From: the human T2T-CHM13v2.0 reference genome, Homo sapiens | Assembly (NCBI RefSeq): GCF_009914755.1 | Contig: NC_060946.1 | Direction: 5' to 3' (one strand) | DNA: 64,000 bases | In this document: one piece after another, positions 37,783-58,452 of the stretch | Layout of the letters: each line of letters opens with the position of its first letter | How positions within the stretch are numbered: the stretch's first letter is position 1 | Translations under genes and position numbers: made by a program | Notes under the pieces: model-generated | What the model saw: the letters and a program-made list of their open reading frames with translations, nothing else | Told to the model about the DNA's origin: nothing | Database searches by the model: none

Positions 37783-40117
37783 CTGGCGGGAACAGGAGGA
37801 TCACAGGGTGAATGCTGAGGATCCGGACCACACTCACAGACAAGTCAGCCTTGAAATGCTAGACCTCATGCACCCCAATCCAATCTCCCACTGGACAGAT
37901 CCGGAAACTGAGGCCCGAGAGGGAAGAGGACCCCAAGATCACTGCAGGCAAGGTCGGAGTGATGTTGGGGGGCTGGTGGGATGCCCGTGGGGAATGAAGA
38001 GCTTCAAGAGGGCTGGACTCTGTCTTGCTCACTGCTACGTCCCAGTGCCTAGACCAGAGCCTGGCAGGTGTGCAGGAAACACACTGAGTAAGCAGGTGAG
38101 CATGGTGATGGTGTCCGGAGTCCCGCCCCGGGACCACAGAGCTAGGAAAGCTGGAGGGCCAGCCTTAGCTCCTCAGGGTTAAGGCTGGAATAACATAGCG
38201 ACTCAGTTCCCCGACCTGGCCATATGGAGTGGGGCTAGGCCTGTCCTCCCTGCTTCTCACTCCCTTCCTAACCCCATAGTTCTCTGAGACTCAGATGCCA
38301 CAAGGGCCCAGGTGCTTACATAGGGGTCCAGGAGTCTGCTGGTGTCCTGCATGAGATCTGTCTGCTTCTGGAGCTGGCCAAGGAGCACGCGGTACTCTTT
38401 CGAGCAGCTGCCTATAGCCGCCATGCTCGCCATGCTTGGAAACAGGAGTGCAAGGACCAGACCTAAGGCAGAGAAGAGGGGTGTCACCTGACTTGGTGAG
38501 GAAAGCCACAGATGGGAGCCTCGGGGAGGGGGTTCAAGAGGGCCTTGAAAGGTGCCTCCTTCATCCCAGACTTTGTGTAGTGGAGGGCGGGGGCTGGGCA
38601 CTGTGTGGCACGGTGTGTGCCCAGGTGTGCCCACCAAGGCCACCATCATCTCCCCAGTAAGTCACTGCCCAGGGCCTGACACAGCAAGCAGTGGGAGGGA
38701 CTGAGACAGTGGCTGCGATTTACCAAGTAGGTCTTTGAGCAAAGGCTGCAGTGCCTGGCCGGATCCCAGTCCTGCCTACAGCACGGTTCTAACCTCGGGA
38801 GCTGACTCTCTGCAAGGTGGGACTGGCTCCCTGCAAGACCACTGGGCTAAAGACCGGCCACTGCCCTAGGACCTGCCTTGTCAGCTGCTCTGGCCATCCA
38901 GGTAGATGGGCCTGAGAGGGCTTCAGGGCAGGCAGCCCGGGAGCAGCTTGTGTCCTCAGCTCTGTCTAGAACCAGGAGAGGCTGCCTTTTCAACCAGAGG
39001 TGCAGCCTGGAACAGATGTGGAAGACCTTCCAGTCCATGTCCCCACTTTCCTGACAGGTAAACCAAGTCTCAGGAGAAGGTCCTACTCAGGTCACACAAG
39101 GCCAGGGCTCTCCCCTGACCTCTCTTGCCTCCCTCCTCTCTCCATAAGTGGCTCCTTCTGTCAGGCCCACCAGGGATGCTGTGAGCCTGTCAGAAGGTGT
39201 TGGGGGCGGGTACAGTTACCGCTCACCACCACCCCCAACGGGGCACCGGCAGCCACGTGGTCGGAAGGGGCCTATGGCGCAATGGCCCGGAAGGCAGTGA
39301 CACCATCGTTCCCGTCCTAAGAACCATCCGGCCCTTTGGGGAAGACTGGCTGTTGGGGAGGGCCAAGGGGCCAGGCACCCAGGCTTAGCGACCCCACGGC
39401 ACCCTCGCCGCCTCCCCAGGTATCTGCTGCCGGGCTCTGGCAGGGGCCTGTGCCTGTGGCAGCGCACGTGGGACTGGGGTTTCTGTGTGGCTGTGCATCT
39501 GGGTCTGTGTGCGGCGTGAGGGAGACCTGTTCCGTTCACCATGGGGACTCTGGTCTGCATGTGGGGGTTCCTGGGCTGGTGAGATCCAGGGCTGTAGATG
39601 ACGTCATATGGCTGTGTGCGCATGTGGCCATGTGGGTGTGGCTGTGCATGCTGTGTGATTGTGTGGGCCCTGGGGCCCCCAGGCCTGGCTGACTTTCTAT
39701 TCATCCCGGGCAAGCTGGAGGCCCCACAACCCCTCCACACCTCACACCACTTCCCTGCCCAGCTTCTGAGCCTCCCTCTCCTGCCCAGCCTCTTTGCCCA
39801 TCCTATTCTCTCACCCCCTGGTTCCCAGAGTTGCCTCTACATCTTGACATCACCTCCCCCTGGAAGCCTTCCAGGGATGCCCCTTCTCTACCTGTGGAGA
39901 TGCCAGGTTCTCAGTGGACCACTCTCTCTGCCTGACCTCCTGGCTCTCTCCCCTTCTCAGCATCCTTCTGCCTGGCGCCTGGCCTCCCCAGTTCCCGGAG
40001 GGCAGAGGGTGCCTCTGCTCCCCACCGGCACCCGTGGGCAGACCCAGCAGGCGGGTTCTGGCGGGGAGGAAGGAAGTACTTACTGAGCAGCGTCCTCTGT
40101 GTGAGCAGTACCCCCAT
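37201..40117 (-). CDS. OSM: Oncostatin M, spliced CDS join(40117..40084, 38462..38320, 37782..37201), 252 aa
   Basis: 34+143+582 = 759 nt translate to MGVLLTQRTLLSLVLALLFPSMASMAAIGSCSKEYR...FQRKLEGC...RSRRHSPHQ...GQLPR*; canonical junctions. Confidence 0.99.
38320..38462 (-). CDS. OSM: OSM exon 2
   Basis: Acceptor ccttag|GTCTGG; donor CCCTAT|gtaagc. Confidence 0.98.
40084..40117 (-). CDS. OSM: OSM coding exon 1
   Basis: CCCAGCATGG start; donor CTCA|gtaagt; phase 1. Confidence 0.97.
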
Positions 40118-40168
40118 GCTGGGTGCCCGTGCTCCGGCCCGCGCCCGCTGGGGGTGACACCTCTCGGC

Positions 40169-40380
40169 TGGGAGCCCTGCAGGCTGGCAGCCACTTTATG
40201 CCCGCTGGGGCGATTGGCCAACACCTCATGAGGTGGGTGGGGATGGGGAGGGGGGAGGGCAGGCCTTCTGGGAACATGACCCCAAAAACCAAAATTTCCA
40301 CGGGCGGCCAATGGGCGCAGGGCGCGGTGTATGCCCGCTCCTCCTCCTGTTTTCTTCGAATTCGTTCTTCGAGGTCAGCC
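40169..40380 (-). promoter_or_regulatory. OSM promoter: CATAAA TATA-like box ~40195-40200, CCAAT 40213-40217 and 40308-40312, GC box, GAS sites 40266-40274 and 40352-40360
   Basis: TTCTGGGAA and TTCTTCGAA match TTCN3GAA; OSM is an established STAT5 immediate-early target. Confidence 0.85.
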
Positions 40381-41940
40381 CTACGCCCAAGGATGATGTA
40401 AAACCGCAGCCTCAGCCTTCCTAGGGTGAGTGGGGAGGAAAAGGGTCCATGCCATCTTCAGGGAACTGGGCCAGGGATGGGCAGGAGGGACTTCGAGCTG
40501 GGCCTCTGGAGGCCCCAGGCCAGTCTTGGCCCAGGAGCCATTGGCCTCACAGGACACGGTGGTTGGGGGCTGAGGGGAGCGAGACATCTTCCTTCTTGAG
40601 TGCCCTTCCTGCCCTCTCGCCGGGGCTGTTGGGACATCTGTGAGCGGAAACCACCGGGCTCTGGGCACAGAGCCAGACGCAGGCTGGCAGCCCCGAGATT
40701 GTGGTTCAGGCCCCAGGACCAGCATCCCCCAGCCCGGCTCCCGACGGTCTCCTTTCCCCCATCGTGCACCCTCTGCCAGGCCCACTCCCCAAAGCCAGGC
40801 CTTGTCTTTGTAGGCAGGCTCCACTGGGGAGAACTGGACACTTGGAGCAAGAGAAACAGGAGGCCAGGGTTCAAGCCTGCTGAGGTGCTGTGTGACCTGA
40901 GGCAAGTCACTTAACCTCTCTGGGCCTCAGAGACCCACAACTATAAAATGAGGAGGAGAAAAGCCTTTCCCAGCCCACCTCACAGGGTTGCTGCCAGCAT
41001 GGACATAAAAGGAAAAGACCTCTGAAGGAAAAAGCAAAGATGAAGGTCTGATTCCAAGTATTAGCTGTCGAGGGGGCGGGATGGGGGAAGGAGGAGATGG
41101 GGAAGCTGTGAGCTCAGAGGGGAAGCCGGGGAGGGGGAGTTGCCGCCTTGACAGTTGGGGACCAGGTTTCACTTTCTCTGAAAGATAGCGATCTTAGGTT
41201 GGTCCTCTGCGAAAGGGCCCTGGGAACAGCGCCTCCCTAGTCAAACTGCTACTTTACTGTGGGGTAAACTGAGGCCTGGGTGAAGGCAGACAGGGAGGCC
41301 AAGAGGCTGGCCCAGGCCTATAGACCCTGCCTGGTCAGCACATCTCCCAGGCCCAGAGGAGGGTCCTTGGCCTGCACCCTAAGAAGCCCGGGTGGGAGGA
41401 GGCCCTCAGGAGTCTGGGGAGTCAGGGTGGGACTCCTGGAGGCTGCCAGGGAGGCCTGAGCTGCTCCAGCTGGAGGGAGCATGGGGTCTGGGGCGCCTGA
41501 GCAAGGAGAGCTGGGGCAGCCAGAAAGGAGGAGGTTGGATGCACCCCTGTCCATGCCTGCTCCCGATGCCCACTGTGGCCACCAAGGCAGTTGCCACCCA
41601 TTCTCCCCATCACTCATTTATTCATTCGACAAACCTTTATTTGGCTCCATGCTGCACCAGCCACTCCCAGGTCTGAGGATCACGTAGTAGGCAAAAATAG
41701 GCGACCCCACGCCCAGGAGGCTGCTCTTCAGCCCCTACCCACTCCCCGGCACCCAGGCTGGGACTCACCACACCAGGCCTCATACCTCCCCCTCACCACC
41801 CCCAGGGGCCAGTTCTGGATTCTCATCCTGAGAATGTCGCTTCCGCTGAAGTCCTCATCTCTGTGCCCACCCCCACAATGCTGTTTCCTGGGGCCATGCC
41901 AAGAGGGGATCCTTCTCCATTTCACATCCCTGATCTCGTC

Positions 41941-42244
41941 TTTTTTTCTCTTTTTTTAAATGCAGGATCTTGCTCTGTCACCCAGGCTGGAGTGCAGTGG
42001 CGCCATTGTAGGTAGCTCACTGTGGCCTCCAGCTCCTAAGCTGAAGCAAGGCTCCCCGCCTTAGTCTCCTGAGTAGCTGAGACCACAGGCATGCATCACT
42101 ATGCCCAGCTAATTTTTTTATTTTTTGTAGAGACGGGGTGTCACTATGTTGCCCAGGCTGATAACAAACTCCTGGGTTCAAATGATCCTCCTGCCTTGGC
42201 CTCCCAAAGTGCTGGGATTGCAAGCGTGAGCCACAGCACCCAGC
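41941..42244 (-). mobile_element. AluJ
   Basis: Reverse Alu. Confidence 0.9.
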
Positions 42245-42561
42245 CACCAATCTCATCCTGCAACAGCCAGGGGAGAGAAGCCGCTGGGCAGTGACACCTC
42301 AGCTCACTTCAGTGAGGAGCTCGAAGCTCTGGGAAGTTTAGGGGCTGGCTCAAGGAAGGAGCGCCAGATCTGAGCAGAGGGGTCTAGGCCATTTTCAGCT
42401 GTGGCTGACCGACCACCACGCTTGGTGAGAAACAGCCACATGCCTTTATCTTATTCTATCTATCCTGTGGTCCAGGGAGGCCGTGCTGTCTCCTCATGGC
42501 AGAGAGAGGAGGTTGCTTTGTCTGAGGTCACCTATGAATAGTTAAGAGGAGAGGGGCATTT

Positions 42562-42845
<284 letters not shown>

Positions 42846-42964
42846 CCCACCAAGAAAAGAAGGCATTCAAACGAGGCCCAAAGACCATACTCTTTGCACA
42901 TAGTTAATGAGGGTGTCAGGCACAGGGCCCAGGGCTCAGAGTCACTGAAGGTAAGGAGAGCAGG

Positions 42965-44142
<1,178 letters not shown>

Positions 44143-44749
44143 GCCTGCAAGAGGAAGGCATAGCTGGAGGGCACAGGGGCTGGGGCCACTGTCGGAGCAT
44201 CCAGAGTGAAGTGATACACAGGAGGACAGGGAGTGGCTCGGAGGTGAGGAGGCCTGGCCGCTGACCATCCCAGCCAAGCGTGAGGAAAGATGCGTCAGCG
44301 TTTCTGGTGAGGTCAGCAATCAGTGACGTCCCTCTCACCAGCAGGAAAAGCTTGCAACATGGCCCAGCCAGTATAAATAGGCTCCCCGACCACAGGACCC
44401 GGGCTGTCCCCTCTTCCCGGGCCACGTCAGCCAGGCCCGCGTGATTTGGAGAGGAAGAGAGGACCAGCTTGGTTCCTCAGAACTGCTGCTTCCTCGCTTT
44501 CCGGCTTACCCTCTGCTGTGGGGCCCTACGCCTTTAAATGCAAGGATAGGACCTGAGATGGCCTGGCAGGGCCAGGTCGAAACTGGAGGCTGGGGAGAGG
44601 TGCTCCGGTGGGGGGAGAGAAGGTGGCCCCCAATCTGCTGGGTGGGAGGTGGAGACCAACCCAAGTTCCATCTCAATCTGCCTGTGAGCCCAGTGTCCCT
44701 GGACCAGTCATGTCCCCCTTCTGAGCCTCAGTTTCCTCTTTTTAAACTG

Positions 44750-46580
<1,831 letters not shown>

Positions 46581-49500
46581 GCAGTAGCAAATGCACCTTG
46601 TAGGACAGTCAGCAAAATGCAGTGAGGTGAGTACGTGAGCGCCTGGCACATTGGAGCAGGTGCTCGGTCACACTTACCCGCCAGCCGCCAGGGCAGACGA
46701 AGGCAGGCATTTGCTTATGTCACACGGTGGCTTTGAGGGAGATTGGGAAAGGCGGTGTTACATAAACCCCAGGGTGAACAAGGAGCCACCAAGCACCCTC
46801 CCCAGAAGGTCATCGAGGTCACATTGGGATGGGAGGGGGGATCCCTTGGCTTGCAACCTCCACGGAGTTCTTCTGGGACCTGGAGTGTCCACCCACAGGT
46901 GTAGGAGAAGGAACCCCGTTCTGTGCAGTAACCTCCAACTGTCTGCCTCATGGCAACCGAATCCAAAGATCCTCAGACAAGGCCCCACCACTGCCCACTC
47001 TCTGGCTGGCCTGGAAACCCCCGCTGCTGCTCTCTTTGAGTCCAGGATCCTGTCCTGAGATGAGGGGACATGTGAGATGACCACAGAATGCCCAGAACCC
47101 TACAGAGCCAGGCAGAGCCCCTTAGCGGCTCTAAGCACTAAAATACTATGCTAACTAAAAACTACCCTCAGCATCAAACAAAGATAAGGAAGTCTAGTCT
47201 GACTTTTCTCATGATGACAACATACCATGCCTATTTTGAAACGTCAGAGTCTGGCCAAAAATGTTTGGGTGAATGGGGTACCAGTCATCATTATCGGGAA
47301 TATTTCTGGAGCAACCTCTGTGTACTGGTCCCAGTCCTAAGCATTGAATCCTTGTAACCACTTTAGGAGGCAAGTATCATTATTTTGTCCTGCAGATGGT
47401 GAAGCTGAGGCCTGAGAGGCAGAGACCTGGGAGGGAGCAAAGGCACACTGGAGCCCAGGCACCCTCCTAGAGCCACCAGATCGACCCGCATGCCCAATGG
47501 GTTGTCCAGAACTGATGTTGCCAAGTGGCTTGAGGAAAGCAAAAACAACAGCTTGGGGAAGGAGCCAGGAGAGGGAGGAGGTTCCCTGTCACAGTGGGAG
47601 GCCAGCCAGGGCGCAGGACGGCACAGGCCTAGTTCAGAGAATGGCAGGTGTGGCTGGAAGTCTGACAGGGAGGAAGATGAGGAGTGAGGGGTGATGGCAT
47701 CCCACTAGGCTTTGTTGCTTTTGCGGCCCCTAGGGAGGGGCTCATACCACACAGCCGGGTCGAGTCCTTCTGCTTAAACAGTCCCTGTCTTCCCATTGCC
47801 ATTCTGATAAGGCCAAAGTCATTACCACAGCCACCAGGTCCTGCCCACCTCCCAGCCTCACTAGTACCTTTCTTTTGCCTGCCTTTCTCTGGCCTTCCTC
47901 AGTCCTTCCGGGAGCAGCTCTCACCTCAGGGCCTTTGCACATGCCGTTCCCACTTCCTGAGCACTCTACCTGTGACCTGCCACCTAGATATCAACGTCCA
48001 GTCCACGCTGCACCTTTTCAGGGAAGACCTCCCTGACCTTCCTCACCCCAGGCTGGTCCCAACCCGCCTCCTGGCACCCTCCCAGAGTACCACGTATCCC
48101 TCCACACCACGCTCTTCAGAGGTGTACATTTTTAAAACTATGAGGTTGTCTCTCCAGCCAGACTGGAAACTCTCAGAGGGTGTATACTGTGGTTGTGGCC
48201 CCCACCCCCATTGCCTCTCCAGAGCACAGCAAAGCCCCCAGAATGTAATAGGCTCTCCATACATTCTTGGTGAACCGATGAATGCACAGCCATATAGCTG
48301 CAGCCATCTTTAGAAGCCTGGGGAAAGGTGAGCTGTGGCTCCCAGGCTGCAGGACCCAGAGGCGTCCCTGTCCCACATCTGGTGAACCCAGAGCCAGGCC
48401 TCTGGAAGTGCAGGGCCATCTCGCTGTGGGCAGGAACAAGTCTCTCAGGCCCTTTTCCATGCATTCTCCCGGTCCCCTCTCCCGAAGAATCAGAACTCTA
48501 TCAATCACAGTCCATCAGAGCATGTGATTTTGTTTCTGGGAAGCTTCAATTTCAAAGACGCTGAGTTTCTCTTTTATGATAATTTTTTTAAAGGGAAATC
48601 AAAATCTGCTCTTTCACTCACTGCAGATTTCAGCACTTTCCCGGAAAATTGACTAAAAAAGAAAAAGCCACTGGTGCTTCTTTTAAAGGGTTCACTTCAG
48701 AATGAATTCCACATGAGTGGCACCTGATGGTCTCATAGAAAGAGATTGGTCTTCGTGGAAGGGGGCAGTCCTACCTTTTGCAAAAACAGACAAATCACAG
48801 TGGGTTCTCAGTCTGTCATTTGACCTATATTTAAGTACCCACTGTGTGTGCTGGGCACAGGCTAGATGTGGAGGATAAATCAGAGAGAAGGAAAAGGCTT
48901 CCGGTCAAATGAATCTGCACCGAATGTCTTTTTATAGCCAGGTTTTGAAGGGTGAGTAAACGCACACGCTCACACATGTGCATACAAGGGCCAACACCCG
49001 GCACATGGAAGGGTCTGGAAAACCCACTGATGGACCACCCATTTCTCAACCCAGGCCACAGAAGGGAGCACCTGACTCACCCTCGCTTTTGTGGTGTAGC
49101 AATGCACCTGTGTCCTGAACAGCACCAATCAGAATCCTTCCCTGGAATGACGTCAGACTCAGGAAGCATACCTCTGTCACATGGCTGGGATATCACTAAT
49201 CTGCCGCTATGGAAAACCACCTTCCCCAGCCTCACAGGCAGAGGTGTGGGGTCCTGCAGAGTGGACAAGAATGTGCCCGGCGCAGCCAGGGAGGCTGAGG
49301 GGTCTCCCTGAGCCCTGATCCCTGTTGAAGCCAGGGACATACACGTGGTGTGTCCCAGCCACACGGGACAAGACACAGGTCCCCTCTTTGCTAGCTGTGC
49401 TGGTTTTCTGGCACTTGGAGCTGGGAGTCCTTCGTCCCACACAAGCATGAAGATAGAGGCAGGAGGCACGGAGGACAGGGAGGAAGTTGGTCAGACTCAG

Positions 49501-49920
49501 AACGTTCTGTTGGTGCCAGCTGCACGGGCACAGCAAGTGCTGCAAAACCTCAGAGTCTTTGCCCAACAAAGAGGCAACTGCAGAAGATGGTGGGAAGCGG
49601 CCAGGGTCCCAGTGGGGCTGTCTACAAATGACAGCCCTGATCCCAAGGGGAAGTCTGGGACAAAGAGGTGGGGCTCCCATGGATGTGGATCACCACCTGG
49701 AGGAAGTGCCCTGGGACAGGCGCTGTGCAAGGGTAGCTTTCCTCCCCGTCTTATTCTCGGAGAGACACCAAGGAAACTCAGGGTGTTTATTCTGATACGA
49801 AAAAGAGAAACAAATCCGGTAGTTCTGAGGGGAGAGAAGGCCATCAGCGCTTGCTCCATCCAAGGGCCTGCTGGTGGCCATTCAATGGGTGATAGAGGGT
49901 GACTGGCCAGGGCCAGGTCA

Positions 49921-51075
<1,155 letters not shown>

Positions 51076-51978
51076 AAAATTTTTAAGGCAGAGCTGAAAA
51101 ACACAACCACCCCAGGAAAGCCAAGGGGGCTGGAAGACAGTGAGTCAGACGTCAAGGGGGCAGGAGAAAGTCCAAGGGCCTCCCCTGGCTCTTCCTGTTT
51201 TATTGCCTATTGTGCACTTATCTAAGAGCTCTTATTCTTAGACACAGAAAAGCCTCACTTAAGTTGCAAAGGCCGAGGCATGCTGGCTTAGGACACTGCC
51301 TGATGGCAGCTGGGAAGGCTTTCCTCTTTGGGAGAGAACAAGCATGGGGAGGCGCCAACCGGAAAGCTGGTGCAGGCTGGGAGGTCTCAAAGGCAGGTCT
51401 CGTGAGCAGGGGGCTGTGATCAGGGAGGGAGAGGACACACTAGGATTGAGACTGAGGCAGGGAGGCCAGCGGGGAGTCTAAGACAGCAACAGAGGAGAGG
51501 ACATCCGTGGCTGAATCCGGTCCCTGGAAAGCATGGGGTGCCGACTGGGGAGGAGCACTGGGCTGGAGAGCCAGCAGGGTGGGGGGGCTCTGTGTCAGGG
51601 CAGGCTGGCTGAGCAGAGTCCAGGCTGAGCAGCTCTGGGCACAGTGGGCAGAAAGGAGGGGCAGTCGTGCTTCTGGCTGCAGACAGAAGAAGGGGACAGA
51701 GAAGGAGAGGAGGGAGCGGGTAGGAGGGAAACTGGAGAGGCCAAGGCTGAGGGAGCCAGGGCAGGAAGATGGAAGGTGGAGGGTACTGGTGACTGCATGG
51801 GAGCTGGGCCTTCTGAGAGCTGGGCACTGGAACCAGCACTGGGGGAGGTGGCAGTGCAGTAGCAAATGTCCCCTGATCAGGGAGAGGCAGGGAGGCCTGA
51901 GGGCATGTGGGTTCAGGGTAGAGAAGTAGACAAGAGGGTACACATAGGCACATGTGTGAACACAAAAACGTGAAAGAC

Positions 51979-52765
<787 letters not shown>

Positions 52766-53220
52766 ACCATGACCAACCCCCGGGAAGGCAGCTCTGGGTA
52801 CCCCATAAGAGGCAGCCTGGCTCTGGAACCCCAGTGCCGGGGCTTGCCTGGGAAAGTGAGATGCAAACCGCGGCCATTGCCCAACACACCCACCCTGCCA
52901 GCCCTGGGTCAGGAAGGAGCCAGGGCCAGGCCTCGCGTGCCCGCCCACACATCCGTTGCCACCAGCAGCAGACACCCGGCCACCGACGCAGACAGCTGGG
53001 ATTGCAAGGGATCTTGCAAAATCTCCCATCCCTCAGGGTTCAGCTAAATTGTCTCTTTGCCCAAGGAAACTCCCCAGGCTCCTGTGGGGACTCCTAACCT
53101 TCTTTTGGAATTCTGGTTCCGCACTGCCCAGCTGTGTGACACTGGGCAAGGCACTTCACCTCTCTGTGCTTCATGTCCACCTGGGTAAAATAGGGATAAC
53201 AAGAGCATGCGTTGAATATA

Positions 53221-55637
<2,417 letters not shown>

Positions 55638-57143
55638 TATAGATGTAAATTAACCAAGCACAACACCTGCCCTCCCATACAGGCGAATGAGGGAAGTGGC
55701 TTCCCTGTGCTCGCTCAGTAAGCCAGCCGCAGACGGCTCAGCATCCCCGGCTACTCCTTTCTCCTGCCTCCTGCTCAGGCCCTTCCCACTGGGCAGGATC
55801 CTGGGTCCCAGAGGAAGATGAAGAACATGTACAGTTTCTTCTCACCTCTACAGAGAACCAAAAAGCCAGCTGTGGAACCATTTGGCAAGCATGCGACCCA
55901 GCAGCCTCACCCACCTGGGAGGGAGATGAGGACTTTAAATCCTAAATCTCTGCTCCAGTATTTCGGAGAGGGGAATTTAGGAGTTCACTTCCTCTGTCTA
56001 GGCATGAAGATGAGAAAGGGTGGAAGTAATCCGCTGACTCTGCCTGGCTGAGGTTTCCTCATCTCCCGTCCCCACCCACCCAGGCCCACATCCTCCCTGC
56101 AGATGCTGGGCACCAGGCTGGCAGTTGGAGGGCAGAGAGCCCCCTCCCTCTCCCTGAGGGACCGTGGGCAGGCCCCTCCCTGGGACCTGCTACCATCTTT
56201 ATGAAGACAGGCACTTCGGCTCCCCAGCCTGTGCTGATGTGGACAGGTGACCAAGAGCTCCCAAGGTGAAGGATGTGGGCTGCATGCCAGTAAGTGCCCC
56301 CAACCTCGGTTATGAATGACCCACATGGAGCCCAACCCCGGACCCAGGCTGACCAGACCAGCTTCCTGTGCCCCAGGACTCTCTGGGGGCCTGGATGGGA
56401 CTAGGAGGTAGCTCTGTGAGTCTCCACCTTAACCTGAGAGATCTCAAGGTCAGCCTGTCTGACCTGACACACAGCATCAGCTGCGTGTGAGATTCCGGGT
56501 CACGTTCCTGGAAGATGCCCCCCACTTTCTCATCTGTGTGTCCCTGGGGCACTTCCCAAGTTCTGTGCCCCTGAGCCCAGCTTGGTCTCATGATCTCCCC
56601 AGCACTCCTAGGAAGGTGGCCCTATCTGTAGCCTGCTGGAGGCGAAGAGCTGGCCCAGTGACCCCTAAGGACCCTATTATCTAGGAGCTAAAAATCCTCC
56701 ACACAGACACACGGGTATGTGGCAGAGACACACACAGGCACACTGACCTCAGGCCTGTGTGAGTCAGAGCAGCCCGCAGTGGTGCACCTGTGGCCCCTCA
56801 CCCAGGCCAGCCTCGTGGACAACCCCAAGAACTAGCGGAGGCCAGGTTGGGACTTGGTATGAGGGACCCAAGAGAGGCCTGAGGCCCTTGGTGAGCCGGG
56901 GTGACAGGAACACCAAACCAGGCAATGACTCATAGGCAGACAGACAGATGGTGAGACCCCCAGGGCTGGATATGGGGCCAGGAGCCCACTAGCTGTAGGT
57001 TAAACAGCCCCAAGAATCCTGACTCTGAAGCTCCCACCTCAAGCCCAGACATCCCCCAAGCCAGGGCCCACACCAGGCCCTCAAAAGAGAGGAACTGGGA
57101 CTCCTACTCCCCCAACCCCCCTCCCCCAACAAAAGACAAACTC

Positions 57144-57418
<275 letters not shown>

Positions 57419-58446
57419 TCAAACTCCAAAGAAATGCCCCCCTCCCCATGTTCCTGAAAGAGCTGTCTCCTAGGTCTCCATGCACATGGGGAAACTGAGG
57501 CTGAAGCGAAGGGCTGGCCCGGGGGGCCCCTGCTGCTCACTCACCAGGCTGTGCTGTGCTCTTGGCTCCTGTGATCTGTAGCCCGAGGCCCCAGACCCCT
57601 GGTCCCCAGGAGCAGGGCGGGCGCATTGCCAGAGGCCTGTCCCTGTTCTGGCTTTTCTGAGGAGCCACCACGACCTCTGAGTACACAGAAGTCACACCCT
57701 TCTTCCCTGCCTGAGCATGGGTGGGTCTGGGCTGAGGGAACCCGATAGTCTCCCTGGGTCATCTGTGGGGCCCCATCAGGCAATAGCAGGATCCCAGCCT
57801 CACCAAGCAGGGAGGCGGCCCCGGAGGACAGAGCAGGCTCCAGGTGGCCTCCAGGTCCCTGTCCCATCCTCCTGGCCCTGAACTTTAGGAATGACTCCAG
57901 GAGAGCCCTGGTGTTAAGAACTGACTGATCTCTTAGCCAACAAGAGGGACGGCCAGAACTCAGGCAGGACCCAGAAAAAAGCAGGCAGCGGGCTGGAAGA
58001 AAGAAAAGTGCTTTTGGGCCCTCTTTGGTGGGTTTCATAGCAGGCCGGCCATATCCACAATGACAGGGAAGGCTGGGAGACTTCCCCAGACAGGAGGGTC
58101 TGGGACTCTCTGCCAAGGTTCAGAACCCTCTGGGCTATTTGGAAGCTATTCTGAAATCTGGGAACACCCCAGATTTCAAAGGCAGGCATGGGAAGGGGAA
58201 TCATGTGACCTTGGCTAAGTCATGTCACCTCTCAAAGCTTCGGTTCCTCGTCTGGAAAATGGTGATGGTTTACTGAGCTGTGGTGAGAGGTGAATGAGGC
58301 AAAGCCAGGTGAGCCCAGCCCCCAGCCAGCTACACAGAGAGAGACCAAGACCTCAGATGGAGGGGACCATGAGGTGGAGCCATGGCTGAGACTCAGACCC
58401 AGAGGACCCCCAAGGACCGTAGCCCAACCCAGTCACTACAAAGTCC

Positions 58447-58452
58447 TTTATT
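58447..58452 (-). terminator. CASTOR1 polyadenylation signal AATAAA
   Basis: tttatt on +, ~480 nt past the stop codon, with GT-rich sequence downstream on the minus strand. Confidence 0.85.

Noticed and set aside
37511-38182. 223-aa ORF antisense to OSM exon 3
   Set aside because: Shadow frame of a GC-rich coding exon extending into a MIR-containing intron.
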